Source: an uncultured cyanobacterium
GTDB taxonomy: Bacteria; Cyanobacteriota; Cyanobacteriia; Leptolyngbyales; Leptolyngbyaceae
DNA length: 35,280 nt
Assembly (NCBI GenBank): GCA_963766075.1
Contig: CAVYAN010000106.1
Span: 1 to 35,280, forward strand
Reading direction: 5' to 3'
Positions 1 to 9,700 of the stretch are shown piece after piece. Made by a program: the position numbers and the translations under genes. Position 1 is the first letter of the stretch. Each line of letters opens with the position of its first letter. The notes beneath the pieces were generated by a model. The model had not been told where the DNA came from. It was given only the letters and a program-made list of their open reading frames with translations, and did not search any database.

Positions 1-256
1 GCCGAAAATCACTGTGCAGATGCCGCAGAGGAGCTGCACCAGACTTAGCAAGGTGCCCCAACTCCGGCTTACTGAGCGCTTTCTGCTTGGTTTCACCATA
101 ACCAACTTGAATCGCAGCATACCCGTCGGTTTGCTTCGTTTTCACCTGGGTAATAGTGCATGGACCCGCTTGAACAACGGTGACCGGAATGGCTCTACCC
201 GTTTCGTCAAAGATTTGGGTCATGCCGAGCTTGGTGCCGAGGATACCTACAGACAC
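1..256 (-). CDS. rplC: 50S ribosomal protein L3, 5' part (runs off left edge); absent from ORF track
   Basis: Manual translation from GTG at 256: [53 protein letters not shown], the classic L3 N-terminus; GGGAG RBS just upstream. Confidence 0.97.
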   Translation of the reverse strand, partial: MSVGILGTKLGMTQIFDETGRAIPVTVVQAGPCTITQVKTKQTDGYAAIQVGYGETKQKALSKPELGHLAKSGAAPLRHLHSDFR

Positions 257-584
257 AATGGACTCCCTTTGCTTATACAACAGACGAGCAGAGGATTGCG
301 TGCCAGCAATCATGCTCGCAAAACATTAACTCTTAGCATTTCAGCCAAAACCGCTATGTCCTGAGAAAAGGCACCGGGACGCAGTTTCGGGAAGTCCTGG
401 AAAACGTTGAGCTAACTGAACCGAATCTGAACTAAGGCACGAACCAAACCGCTTTACCAGAGTTCCTCAGAGGACTTGAACAGCAAGCCATTCAGTATCC
501 TTCCTTGAGTTCAGATTCGCAGGTAACCAGTGTGATGCTGATAGGCGACACTTGGAACTCCGGATGCCAATATCTCGGCAGCGG
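257..584 (-). promoter_or_regulatory. Structured 5' leader of rplC
   Basis: Perfect 12-bp inverted repeat 422-433/508-519 (extendable by 4 bp past a bulge); two-part hairpin at 284-319 near the RBS. Confidence 0.55.
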
Positions 585-590
585 TTAACT

Positions 591-619
591 AGTATAGAAG
601 AGTGAACCGTCTTTGTCTA
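591..619 (-). promoter_or_regulatory. sigma70-type promoter for the rplC operon
   Basis: Minus strand TAGACA-17 bp-TATACT; implies TSS near 584 and a leader of about 330 nt. Confidence 0.75.
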
Positions 620-1102
620 GTCCCTAAGCCAACTTTTTCTCGATGCACCGACAACCCTAGAAGACGACTCCGGAAAACCCTAATTGCTCCAGCCTGCTTT
701 TTTCACGGCACCTGGGCAGATCGACTGATGGGAACTGTCCAGTAATTCTTAGGGATCGGTGAAACTCTACTGTCCCTATTTGCGTCAAGCCCTTGTATAT
801 TTGGACAGTTTGGCAAGGGGCAGCTTGGCCAGTGCCATTTTAGACAGCAGCCTTAATGGTTCTTAATGAATCTAATAAGATTAATCGTTAGATTAATCGT
901 TCAAGCTAATTGGCCAAACCGATTCAAATTGAACGTTCCTGCCCAATTCAACTCGGTCAGGAATTGCCGGATTAGAGATGAAGACCTGTGGAGTTGTTGA
1001 GTTCAAGGGGTGTGAGTCCAGCAGGTGGCGAATCGGTTGTAGATATTGTTCAGTTCTTATGTTCAGTTCTCAAGCACTCATCAAGATACTCATCTAGACC
1101 CT

Positions 1103-3076
1103 GTGAAAAAACAGCCTGTGAAAAAACTGTCTTCTTTTCCATTGCCTACTTTTTTATTGCCTGCGATGCTGACAGCCGCCCTGGCCGGGTTAGTTTTGGC
1201 TCGTCCTGCCGCAGCAGAAATTGAATTCTGGCGTTTTAATGCGGGACAGAATCAACTGGAGTTTACAACAGATACTGATGTCCAGCCGCGAGCCCAACTG
1301 ATTGCCAACCCAACGCGGTTGGTGATTGATTTACCAGGAGTGCGGCTGGGGCGATCGTCATTCACAGAACCGTTGAATAACGCGGGCGCTTTCCGAGCGG
1401 TGCGATTTGGACAATTTGATCCCAATACGGCTCGTGTCGTGATAGAGCTGGCTCCGGGCTATACGATTAATCCCGATCGCATCCTATTCCGGGGACTCAC
1501 CGGCAAGCGCTGGACTGTCCAACTGCCCCAGCCAGAAGTCCTGCCAGAAAACACTGTCAGCGGCGCTTCAGAGACCGAAGAAGTCGTCCCGACTACACCA
1601 GTGACGCCACCCACCACTACCGGCGGCCCCCCGATTTTTCGGCCCCCTGGGAACGTGAATCCAGGCTCTTCCCGTTTGCCCGATAACTTGTCTGATAATA
1701 ATCGGCTGTCTGATAATAATCGGCCCAGTCCCCGGGAGGTGCGGACCCAGATTGAGGGGCTTCGAGTCACATCAGACGGATTATTTCTGCGCACCACGGG
1801 GGAAGCTCCTGCCATTCGGTCCGAGCGCAGTGGCGATCGCCGCCAAATTGCCTTTGATATTCCAGGGGCAGCGATCGCCGCCAACGTCTCCCGCGATCAA
1901 CTGATCAACCGCTACGGCATCAGCCGGATTTTTCTCGCCCAGGCCCAAGTTTCCCCGCCGATCGTCCGGGTCACCCTCAACGTTTCGCCCACTGCTCCCG
2001 ACTGGCAAGCCAGCGCCAGCAACCTGGGAGGGATTGTGATTGTGCCCATGGGGGGCATTACCGCCGCCACCTTGGAAGGACGGCCCAGCACCACACCACC
2101 CCTGGGGCAAATCGCCCTAATTGACTCAGTCACGCTAGACGGCAGTAGTTCACAATTGGTGATTCGGGCCAATCAGCCCCTCAGCTACACCACCGGGTGG
2201 GACCGCCCCACCGGATTGTACAAAATCACCCTTAACGGGGCCCAATTTTCTCGTCAAGCCCAAGCCCCCCGCATTCCGCCCAACAGCCCCATACAAAAGC
2301 TCCAACTGCGGCGCGAAGATAGCACCACCGTAGCAATTTTGCTGCAGCCCACCGCCGGCGTCCAAATTGGGGAACCGAGTCTCTATGGTCAAAATATTCT
2401 GGCGTTCCAACTTCAGCGCAATCGGCCCCCGCTGAATCCCCCCAGCCGGCCCACCCGCCCAATTCCCGTACCCAATCCCCCCCTGAGCACCACGCCACGC
2501 CCCACCGGACCAATCGGATTACCGCGCGTTCCCAATGGCCGCCTCGTCGTCGTCATTGATCCAGGCCACGGCGGCCCCGATCCGGGAGCTGTGGGCCGGG
2601 GAGGCATTCAGGAGAAAGACATTGTCCTAGATATTGGGATCAAAGTGGCAAATCTGCTTTCACAGCAAGGGATTCAAGCCGTATTAACCCGCAGTGAAGA
2701 CATTGATTTAGACCTAGAGCCACGGGTCGCTTTAGCCGAGCGGATCAATGCCGCCCTCTTCGTCAGTATTCACTCTAATGCGATTGATATGAGCCGTCCG
2801 GACATCAATGGCCTTGAAACCTATTACTACGATTCGGGGCTAGAGCTAGCCCAAACGATTCATGCCAGCGTATTGCAGGCTCTAGGCATTCCCGATCGCC
2901 GCGTGCGATCGGCCCGGTTTTACGTCCTGCGTAAAACCTCTATGCCCTCCGTCCTCGTGGAAACGGGCTTTGTCACCGGAGCAGAGGACGCCGCTCGGCT
3001 GGCGGATCCCAGTTATCGCACTCAGATGGCTGCCGCAATTACTCGGGGTATTCTACAGTACATACAACGTCGCTAA
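1103..3076 (+). CDS. amiC: N-acetylmuramoyl-L-alanine amidase, AmiC type (signal peptide, AMIN domains, Amidase_3)
   Basis: AMIN motif NPTRLVIDLPG; catalytic motifs VIDPGHGG, EK, SIHSN, VLVETGF; Pro-rich linkers. Start uncertain (GTG 1103 or 1118; ORF open from 1046). Confidence 0.93.
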   Translation: MKKQPVKKLSSFPLPTFLLPAMLTAALAGLVLARPAAAEIEFWRFNAGQNQLEFTTDTDVQPRAQLIANPTRLVIDLPGVRLGRSSFTEPLNNAGAFRAVRFGQFDPNTARVVIELAPGYTINPDRILFRGLTGKRWTVQLPQPEVLPENTVSGASETEEVVPTTPVTPPTTTGGPPIFRPPGNVNPGSSRLPDNLSDNNRLSDNNRPSPREVRTQIEGLRVTSDGLFLRTTGEAPAIRSERSGDRRQIAFDIPGAAIAANVSRDQLINRYGISRIFLAQAQVSPPIVRVTLNVSPTAPDWQASASNLGGIVIVPMGGITAATLEGRPSTTPPLGQIALIDSVTLDGSSSQLVIRANQPLSYTTGWDRPTGLYKITLNGAQFSRQAQAPRIPPNSPIQKLQLRREDSTTVAILLQPTAGVQIGEPSLYGQNILAFQLQRNRPPLNPPSRPTRPIPVPNPPLSTTPRPTGPIGLPRVPNGRLVVVIDPGHGGPDPGAVGRGGIQEKDIVLDIGIKVANLLSQQGIQAVLTRSEDIDLDLEPRVALAERINAALFVSIHSNAIDMSRPDINGLETYYYDSGLELAQTIHASVLQALGIPDRRVRSARFYVLRKTSMPSVLVETGFVTGAEDAARLADPSYRTQMAAAITRGILQYIQRR

Positions 3077-3117
3077 TTGGCGTTGAGTTCATTCGGGTTG
3101 ATGTGGAGGAGTGTGGC

Positions 3118-4002
3118 GTGTTGAATGATTACGTTGTCGGCGGTTTCCGAGTTCCCAGCACCGGGAGTGCCGCTCCAATTGGCGTATTCGATAGTGGCGT
3201 GGGTGGATTAACCGTGCTGAAGGAAATCTATCGGCAATTGCCCCAAGAGTCAGTCATTTACTTTGGCGATACGGCGCGGGTCCCCTACGGGACGCGATCG
3301 CCGGAACAGATTCTAGAATTCGTCCGGGAAATCCTGGCGTGGATGGTGAACCAGGGTGCAAAAATGGTCGTGATGGCCTGCAACACCAGTTCAGCCCTCG
3401 TATTGGAAACAGTCCGCCACGAATTTGACATTCCCATCTTGGGCTTAATCCTCCCCGGTGCCAAAGCCGCTGTGCAGCAGGGACAACGCATTGGTGTGAT
3501 TGCCACCCCCGCCACCGCTGCGAGCCACGCCTATCGGCACGCCATTCAAGAAATTGCCCCCCACGCCCAAGTGTGGGAAGTCGGTTGCCCAGAATTTGTC
3601 CCACTGATCGAACAAAATCGCTTGCAGGACCCCGCAACCTACACCATTGCCCGGGAATACCTCTCGCCATTAATCGATCGCCGTATCGACACCTTAATCT
3701 ACGGTTGTACCCACTACCCCTACCTTGCCCCGGTGTTGCGGGAAATTCTACCCGCGGCCGTGCACCTCCTGGACCCAGCGGTAGCCGTGACAGCCGCCCT
3801 GGCCCAAGAACTGGATCTGCTGAATCTGAGTCATCAGGGTCCGGCTCTGCCAACACGCTTCTGTGTCAGCGGCCACCCCCAGCCTTTCATTGCCGTCGCC
3901 AGCCAATGGCTAGGATTCACCCCCAGCGTTGACCGCATCAGCTTGCCAGAATTACAGCAGGCCACCGTTTTGGAAGGGGCCATTCCAATCAAAGAATCGT
4001 GA
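3118..4002 (+). CDS. murI: Glutamate racemase
   Basis: IGVFDSGVGGLTV, ACNTSS, GCTHYP; GGAGGA RBS favours GTG 3118; directly follows amiC. Confidence 0.96.
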   Translation: MLNDYVVGGFRVPSTGSAAPIGVFDSGVGGLTVLKEIYRQLPQESVIYFGDTARVPYGTRSPEQILEFVREILAWMVNQGAKMVVMACNTSSALVLETVRHEFDIPILGLILPGAKAAVQQGQRIGVIATPATAASHAYRHAIQEIAPHAQVWEVGCPEFVPLIEQNRLQDPATYTIAREYLSPLIDRRIDTLIYGCTHYPYLAPVLREILPAAVHLLDPAVAVTAALAQELDLLNLSHQGPALPTRFCVSGHPQPFIAVASQWLGFTPSVDRISLPELQQATVLEGAIPIKES

Positions 4003-4191
4003 GGAGGCCACCCCGCCCAATCTCGATAAAACCGATCTCGTCAACACTGAGCATGCAAATCTGAGAAATTCCCCCGAATCTGACCTAACCCCCCAGTCAT
4101 CCCGACTCACGGGGGTTTCAGCCCCAATATAGCCACCTTGAGTTGGTATCCTTTCCCAACCGGTAAGCCTTAGCTTAAGATAGAGACAGAA

Positions 4192-4209
4192 TATGTAAAA
4201 TTTCGTAAC
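4192..4209 (-). promoter_or_regulatory. HLR1-like (RpaB) site upstream of sds
   Basis: GTTACGAA-AT-TTTACATA, one mismatch to KTTACAWW-N2-KTTACAWW; just downstream of a possible -10 TAAGAT (4176-4181). Confidence 0.55.
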
Positions 4210-4233
4210 CTTTCTTTCTGGGTCGGAATATCC

Positions 4234-5205
4234 ATGACTTCCACCATTTCTCTGTTTTCTCCTGTTGAAGAAGATTTACGCCTGCTGACGGAAAATCTGA
4301 AAAATTTGATTGGGGCGCGGCACCCGATTCTGTTTGCAGCGGCAGAGCATTTGTTTGGTAACAAAGGAAAACAGTTGCGGCCAGCGATCGTGCTGCTAAT
4401 GGCACGAGCCACCATGGCCGGGGAAGAAATGACCCAACGCCATCGGCGCTTAGCGGAAATTACAGAAATGATCCACACCGCCAGCCTAGTGCACGACGAT
4501 GTGGTGGATGAGTCGGATTTACGGCGCGGCATGCCGACAGTCCACAGCAATTTTGGCAATCAGATTGCGGTGCTGGCAGGGGATTTTCTCTTTGCCCAGT
4601 CATCCTGGTATTTGGCGAATTTAGACAATCTAGAAGTCGTGAAGCTCCTGTCACGAGTCATCATGGATCTGGCAGAAGGAGAAATTCAGCAGGGGTTAAA
4701 CCGCTTTGCTACGGACCTAACACTAGATGCATACCTTGAAAAAAGCTACTACAAAACCGCCAGTCTGCTAGCCAATAGCGCCAAGGCTGCCGCCGTCCTG
4801 AGTGAATCGTCCGACCTGTTGGCAGACCAACTCTATGGATATGGTCGCCATCTCGGGCTCGCCTTTCAAATTGTGGATGACATCTTGGACTTTACCGGCT
4901 CCACAGATGTCTTAGGTAAACCTGCTGGCTCAGATTTGAAAAGTGGCAACTTGACTGCGCCCGTGCTCTACGCCATGGAGGAGACTCCCGTGCTTGAGGT
5001 GCTGATTGAGCGGGAATTTGCCCAACCGGGAGATTTTGAACAGGCGATCGCCCTTGTGCAGGACAGTCAGGGTATTGCTCGATCGCGGGATTTAGCGCAG
5101 TATCACGGGCAAGCCGCGATCGCCTGCCTCCAGGACCTGCCACCATCGGCATCGAAACACGCCCTAATTAACCTGTCGGACTATGTGCTACGCCGCTTGT
5201 ACTAA
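4234..5205 (+). CDS. sds: Solanesyl diphosphate synthase (polyprenyl synthetase)
   Basis: GKQLRP, first aspartate-rich motif HDDVVDESDLRRG, second motif FQIVDDILD, YYKTASL. Confidence 0.92.
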   Translation: MTSTISLFSPVEEDLRLLTENLKNLIGARHPILFAAAEHLFGNKGKQLRPAIVLLMARATMAGEEMTQRHRRLAEITEMIHTASLVHDDVVDESDLRRGMPTVHSNFGNQIAVLAGDFLFAQSSWYLANLDNLEVVKLLSRVIMDLAEGEIQQGLNRFATDLTLDAYLEKSYYKTASLLANSAKAAAVLSESSDLLADQLYGYGRHLGLAFQIVDDILDFTGSTDVLGKPAGSDLKSGNLTAPVLYAMEETPVLEVLIEREFAQPGDFEQAIALVQDSQGIARSRDLAQYHGQAAIACLQDLPPSASKHALINLSDYVLRRLY

Positions 5206-5214
5206 TGCGCCTTT

Positions 5215-5246
5215 TTCGGATCCCGGCCTTAACCGGGCGGATCCGA
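5215..5246. terminator. Stem-loop between convergent sds and receiver gene
   Basis: TTCGGATCC...GGATCCGAA enclosing CCCGG-CCTTAA-CCGGG. Confidence 0.4.
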
Positions 5247-5621
5247 ATACCAACCCAGGGCCGTGGCAATCTGACGAACCAAGAGCACCGGTTCAAACGG
5301 TTTGCCAATCGCCGCCACCACCCCTAGATCTGAAAACGAACGAGAATTGGGCAAATTTGGATTGGCAGTAAGCATGACTACGGGAATGGCCTCAGTCACC
5401 GGATTTTCTCGGAGTCGTTGCAGAACAGTCATTCCATCCATCCCAGGCATCCGCATGTCCAAGACAATCGCATCGGGTTGAGCCATTTGAGCCAGGGCCA
5501 ACCCTTCGGATCCAGAGGCCGCCATCAGCACCTGCCATCCACCCAATTTCGTGAGGCAGAGGCTAACCACCTCTCGGACCGTCGCCTCGTCATCAATCAC
5601 CAAAATCTGCCGGGAGATCAT
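5229..5621 (-). CDS. Single-domain CheY-like response regulator
   Basis: ILVIDD, IVLDMRMPGMDG, MLTA, KPF; ATG overlaps upstream stop (ATGA); GGAGG RBS. Confidence 0.92.
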   Translation of the reverse strand: MISRQILVIDDEATVREVVSLCLTKLGGWQVLMAASGSEGLALAQMAQPDAIVLDMRMPGMDGMTVLQRLRENPVTEAIPVVMLTANPNLPNSRSFSDLGVVAAIGKPFEPVLLVRQIATALGWYSDPPG

Positions 5622-5872
5622 GCCCACACCCCTCCGATATAGGCATCCAGCAGCGGAAAGTCAACAGCAATAAACCCGGGGGCATCGAACTGCGCAATCG
5701 TCCGTTTATTCAGCTTCAGTGCGCTTTGGTACCGATCGATTCGTAATTGACAGCCCTCCAGCCGATGCAAACCAAGACTCACAACTTCAGAAATACTCGC
5801 TGCGTCATCCACCACTAAAATGCGTTTGACACTCATGCATTTGATACTCATGCGTTCGATACTCATGCACAT
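5618..5872 (-). pseudogene. Truncated or degenerate receiver-domain paralog
   Basis: KRILVVDDAASISEVVSLGLHRL resembles the N-terminus of the next gene but lacks the phospho-acceptor Asp region and KP. Confidence 0.55.
5821..5870. repeat. Three 15-nt imperfect tandem repeats
   Basis: TGCGTTTGACACTCA / TGCATTTGATACTCA / TGCGTTCGATACTCA (MSIER-MSIKC-MSVKR on minus strand). Confidence 0.85.
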
Positions 5873-5895
5873 CGCTTCTCACCGCAAGCAGCGGA

Positions 5896-6453
5896 CTAAT
5901 TCAAACTCGGTTGGGAATAACTGGCCTGGGCGGCGGATGGAGTCGGCAACGGCGGGGCGATCGCCAACGCTGGTTCCGCCAAATTAAACTTAAAGCCTTG
6001 CCGTTGAATGGCCCCCGATTTAGCCAAGGTCAGAGAGAGGACGCCATTGTCCAATTCCGCCTTGATCAATTCTGGGTGAACCCGGCAGGGGAGAGGCAGC
6101 AGACTGTGAAAATATCCCGGAGAAAAGGAAAATTTCCCACATCCTTCGACGATCGCCGTATCGCTTTGAACCGCCCGAATCAGTACTGTTTCAGCACCAA
6201 TTTCAATCTCCAAATCTTCAGCAGCCACTTGGGGCACAGCGATCTTGATTTCAATCAACTGGGCCGTTTCTTGGAGTTGCACCGCAGGCAAGGGTGTGGA
6301 GCCCCAATCCCCAATCCACAGACGCGGCTGCGCCCTGACCCGAGCCAATTCCTGCATCGCCGTCTCAGCGATCTGGCTCGATCGCTCCACCAATTGCAAC
6401 AACTCCTGGCTCATTTCGACCACTTGCCAAAATTCTTGCGTCATAACAGCCAT
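5896..6453 (-). CDS. Hsp20/alpha-crystallin family protein (divergent)
   Basis: PAVQLQET...IAVPQVAAEDLEIEI...FHSLLPLP...IKAELDNGVLSLTLAK; GGAG RBS before ATG 6453. Confidence 0.85.
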   Translation of the reverse strand: MAVMTQEFWQVVEMSQELLQLVERSSQIAETAMQELARVRAQPRLWIGDWGSTPLPAVQLQETAQLIEIKIAVPQVAAEDLEIEIGAETVLIRAVQSDTAIVEGCGKFSFSPGYFHSLLPLPCRVHPELIKAELDNGVLSLTLAKSGAIQRQGFKFNLAEPALAIAPPLPTPSAAQASYSQPSLN

Positions 6454-6551
6454 GCCAATTCTCCCCATGTTTGTAATGAAGTGCTAAACCGCCCAAGCCA
6501 GAAACCGGCAGGCTTAGGACTCTCATGCCTAGAACACTCACGCCTGGGATT

Positions 6552-6585
6552 AAAGTAGGCCAAAACAATGAGGAAATTCTGAAGA
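6552..6585 (-). promoter_or_regulatory. Tandem OmpR/PhoB-type box plus -10 upstream of the Hsp20 gene
   Basis: TCTTCAGAATT-TCCTCATT-9 bp-TACTTT; same geometry as the boxes at 13930 and 14247. Confidence 0.45.
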
Positions 6586-6630
6586 TGGCTCAACTTGGCG
6601 GGGAATCAAGTAAGAAGTCATGAGAAGAAT

Positions 6631-8493
6631 TTACCCCAACCCACGATTGAGGATTTTGCCCTCGACCAAGCGGCGACGATCAAGGCGACTGATAATGCGA
6701 GTAACTAATTCCGAGGCACGGATCGGTTTCTGGATATAATCATCTGCTCCCGCCGCAAATGCCTCGTACATCCGGGCCTCATCGCCATGAGCTGTCAGAA
6801 AAAGTATCGGGCGATCGCCCCATCCGTCATCATTCCGGACCACCCGACACAGCTCAATTCCGCTAAAGCTGGGCATTTCAATATCCAGGACCAGCAGATC
6901 GGGAGCACAGACATCTAACATCCGCCAAAACTGCTGCGGATCATCCAGGGTAGTCACGGCCAATCCCCAAGGCTCCAATAGCGTCCGCAGGGCCGCCAGA
7001 ATCATCGGATCATCATCCACAACCAAAACCTTATGCTGGGCCATCCGGACCGACGGCATCAGACGCTGAATCGTTTGCAAGCACTGATCGCCATCCACAG
7101 GCTTCGCCAAACAAGCCCGTCCTCCCATGCGCCCAACTTGCACCCGATCCAGCAGTGTGGGACAGTCTACTAACACAATCACCGGACTCTGGGCGATCGC
7201 CACATCTTGTAGCCATCTCCAGCTCGCAGCCCGTGTCTCAAACACCGCCAAATCTAACAAAATCACCGCCGGAGCACCGTGCTGGAGGCAGTGACCAGCC
7301 GCCATGGGATCGCTGACCACTTCCAGGCGGTAGCGATCGCGCACCGCAACCTCCAAAGTAGCCACCACCGCCGCATCCCCCACCACCGCCAAAATTAAGG
7401 GCAAAATTGCGGGCTGAGGGGCGATCGCGGATCCTCCCCCCTGGGGCGGCTGGCTGAGCACAACTTGCAGTGCCCGCACCAAGTGCATCATCTGGGCAGC
7501 CTGGTCTGGCAGCAGAGGCCGGGGCAATCGCAGCACCTGCTCTATCGCCAGCGCCAACGCGGATCCCTGGGGATAGCCAAAAATCCCCAAGCCCCCTTTC
7601 AGCTTATGCACATCAAGTTGTGCCTGTTCGTACTGCTCCGGCGTGATGCCGCCCGCCCCCACCGCCACCGCCACCGCCAGAAGCCCATCCACCTGGGCCA
7701 TAAACCCATCCTTAAATTTCTCCCACAGTTCACCCATCATCTGAGCCACGGGCTGTGGCACTGGGGGGGCATCATCAGGCACAGACAGCGGAGCGGGGGT
7801 CGGGAGAGCCGCAGGAGATTCCCAATGCTGAAACCGATAGCCCAGTCCATAGACCGACTCAATCAAATTCTTCGGAGCCCCAGCCAACTTTAACTTTTGG
7901 CGTAGGGCTTTAATGTGGGTAGTCACGGTATCCTCGCCCGGAGAGTCCGTCATATCCCACAGCTTATCTAGGATGACACTGCGGCTAAAAATTTGGCGCG
8001 GATTGAATAAAAAAAGCTCGAGAATGCCCTGTTCCTTCGGCGTCAATTTCAGCAAGGTTGAGCCATAGTGGATTTCCCCCGTCCGAATATCGAAGCGCAG
8101 GTTTTCCCAGGTAATGATCGAAGACACTTGGGCCGTCGCCCGTCGTCGTAAAGCGCGAATCCGCGCCAGCAATTCAGCCACGTTGAACGGCTTAACCACG
8201 TAGTCATCCGCACCAGCATCCAATCCCAAGACGCGATCGCTACTCGCATCCTTAGCCGTTAGTAATAAAATCGGCGTGGCGTCACCCTGCGATCGCAAGC
8301 GTCGGCAAACACTAATGCCATCAATCTCAGGAATCAAAACATCCAGCAGCACCAAATCATACGCAAACGCCAAAGCATACGCCAAAGCCGTTCTACCATC
8401 CGCAGCCACGTTCACGCTATAGTGATGGGCCGTTAAAGCTGCCGCCACAACCGCCGCCGTTGCCTGATCATCTTCTACCAGCAGGATTTTCAT
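6631..8493 (-). CDS. Multidomain response regulator, RcaC-like (REC, OmpR winged helix, Hpt, degenerate REC, REC)
   Basis: MKILLVEDD...LLDVLIP; LTPKEQGIL...HIKALRQKL...VYGLGYR; Hpt VHKLKGGLG; C-terminal VLVVDDD...LDIEMP...KP. Confidence 0.92.
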   Translation of the reverse strand: MKILLVEDDQATAAVVAAALTAHHYSVNVAADGRTALAYALAFAYDLVLLDVLIPEIDGISVCRRLRSQGDATPILLLTAKDASSDRVLGLDAGADDYVVKPFNVAELLARIRALRRRATAQVSSIITWENLRFDIRTGEIHYGSTLLKLTPKEQGILELFLFNPRQIFSRSVILDKLWDMTDSPGEDTVTTHIKALRQKLKLAGAPKNLIESVYGLGYRFQHWESPAALPTPAPLSVPDDAPPVPQPVAQMMGELWEKFKDGFMAQVDGLLAVAVAVGAGGITPEQYEQAQLDVHKLKGGLGIFGYPQGSALALAIEQVLRLPRPLLPDQAAQMMHLVRALQVVLSQPPQGGGSAIAPQPAILPLILAVVGDAAVVATLEVAVRDRYRLEVVSDPMAAGHCLQHGAPAVILLDLAVFETRAASWRWLQDVAIAQSPVIVLVDCPTLLDRVQVGRMGGRACLAKPVDGDQCLQTIQRLMPSVRMAQHKVLVVDDDPMILAALRTLLEPWGLAVTTLDDPQQFWRMLDVCAPDLLVLDIEMPSFSGIELCRVVRNDDGWGDRPILFLTAHGDEARMYEAFAAGADDYIQKPIRASELVTRIISRLDRRRLVEGKILNRGLG

Positions 8494-8725
8494 ACGGGCG
8501 ACCTCTCTACAGGCAATCCGACCTTATCTAGAGGAATCCAGAGACCCAATAGCACTAACCAGGGATCCCAGCCCCCTAGACAGCACGCCACCATCCCACG
8601 CAGTCCCTGCATTTTGCCACTCTACAATAGGATCTGCTCTAAATCTGCCCTGAGCTGCCAGACTTGTGCGCACCACCCCACAAAATCCCCCTTCCCAGCC
8701 CCCACTCTATGTCAAAATGTAAACT

Positions 8726-9700
8726 GTGTGGATTACTTCATCGCTGGCTACTGTTCTAACCCCAACTGCTGTCGCCCTGGGAAATTTCGATGGAATTCAT
8801 CGCGGGCATCGGCGGGTCATTCAGCCTGTGCTAGACGGCACCTTAGCCACACCCGACGGTAAAGCAATTCTGCCCACCGTCGTCACGTTTAATCCCCATC
8901 CCCACGAGTTTTTCAGCGGACAACCCCGGCAACTGCTCACCCCCGTCGGCGAGAAAGTCCAGCAGTTACAGGCCATGGGCATTCAGCAACTGGTGCGGCT
9001 GCCCTTTGATCGCGAGTTGGCAAATCTCAGTCCTGAGGAATTTACGCACAAAATTCTCGTGCAGCACTTGCAGGTAACCCGCATCAGCGTTGGCGCTGAC
9101 TTTTGTTTTGGCCGATCGCGCAGTGGCACCGCTACCGATTTACAAAGACTGGCCGCCCACGCTGGCATTGCCGTGGTGATTGTCCCTTTGAAGCTGCGCA
9201 GCGGCGATCGCATCAGCAGCTCGGCAATCCGCGCCGCCCTGCAACAGGGAGACGTGACCACTGCCAATCAACTCCTGGGCCGTTCCTACAGCCTCGTTGG
9301 CCCCGTCGTCTCCGGCAAACAACTGGGGCGCACCCTGGGCTTCCCCACCGCCAATTTACACCTTCCCCCGGAAAAATTTCTGCCCCAGTGGGGTGTTTAC
9401 GCCGTGCGGGTCCAGATTTTTTCCCACCCCACCCCTACAGACAGCACCGAAGCCCTAGGGGTTCTGAATATTGGCATCCGCCCCACCGTCAACGGACAAG
9501 CCCCCAGCGCAGAAGTCCATTTGTTTGACTGGTCCGCCGATCTCTACGGCAAAACCCTCACGGTCAACCTGGAATATTTCATCCGCCCAGAACACAAATT
9601 TGCATCCCTTGACGCCCTAAAACAGCAAATTCAGGCCGATTGCACCCTGGCACGACAACTCCTAGGACCTCTCCAAAACGGGGGCGATCGCCGGAACTAA
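8726..9700 (+). CDS. ribF: Bifunctional riboflavin kinase/FAD synthetase
   Basis: ALGNFDGIHRGH, ISSSAIR, GRTLGFPTANL, NIGIRPTV, EVH. Confidence 0.97.
   Translation: MWITSSLATVLTPTAVALGNFDGIHRGHRRVIQPVLDGTLATPDGKAILPTVVTFNPHPHEFFSGQPRQLLTPVGEKVQQLQAMGIQQLVRLPFDRELANLSPEEFTHKILVQHLQVTRISVGADFCFGRSRSGTATDLQRLAAHAGIAVVIVPLKLRSGDRISSSAIRAALQQGDVTTANQLLGRSYSLVGPVVSGKQLGRTLGFPTANLHLPPEKFLPQWGVYAVRVQIFSHPTPTDSTEALGVLNIGIRPTVNGQAPSAEVHLFDWSADLYGKTLTVNLEYFIRPEHKFASLDALKQQIQADCTLARQLLGPLQNGGDRRN

Noticed and set aside
14..364. 116-aa plus-strand ORF
   Set aside because: Antisense shadow of rplC
851..901. Pho-box-like TTAAT repeats upstream of amiC
   Set aside because: Spacing is irregular (10, 9, 9, 12) rather than 11 bp
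9662..9700. 39-bp convergent overlap of ribF and the PatA-type gene
   Set aside because: Involves only unconserved tails; a common arrangement
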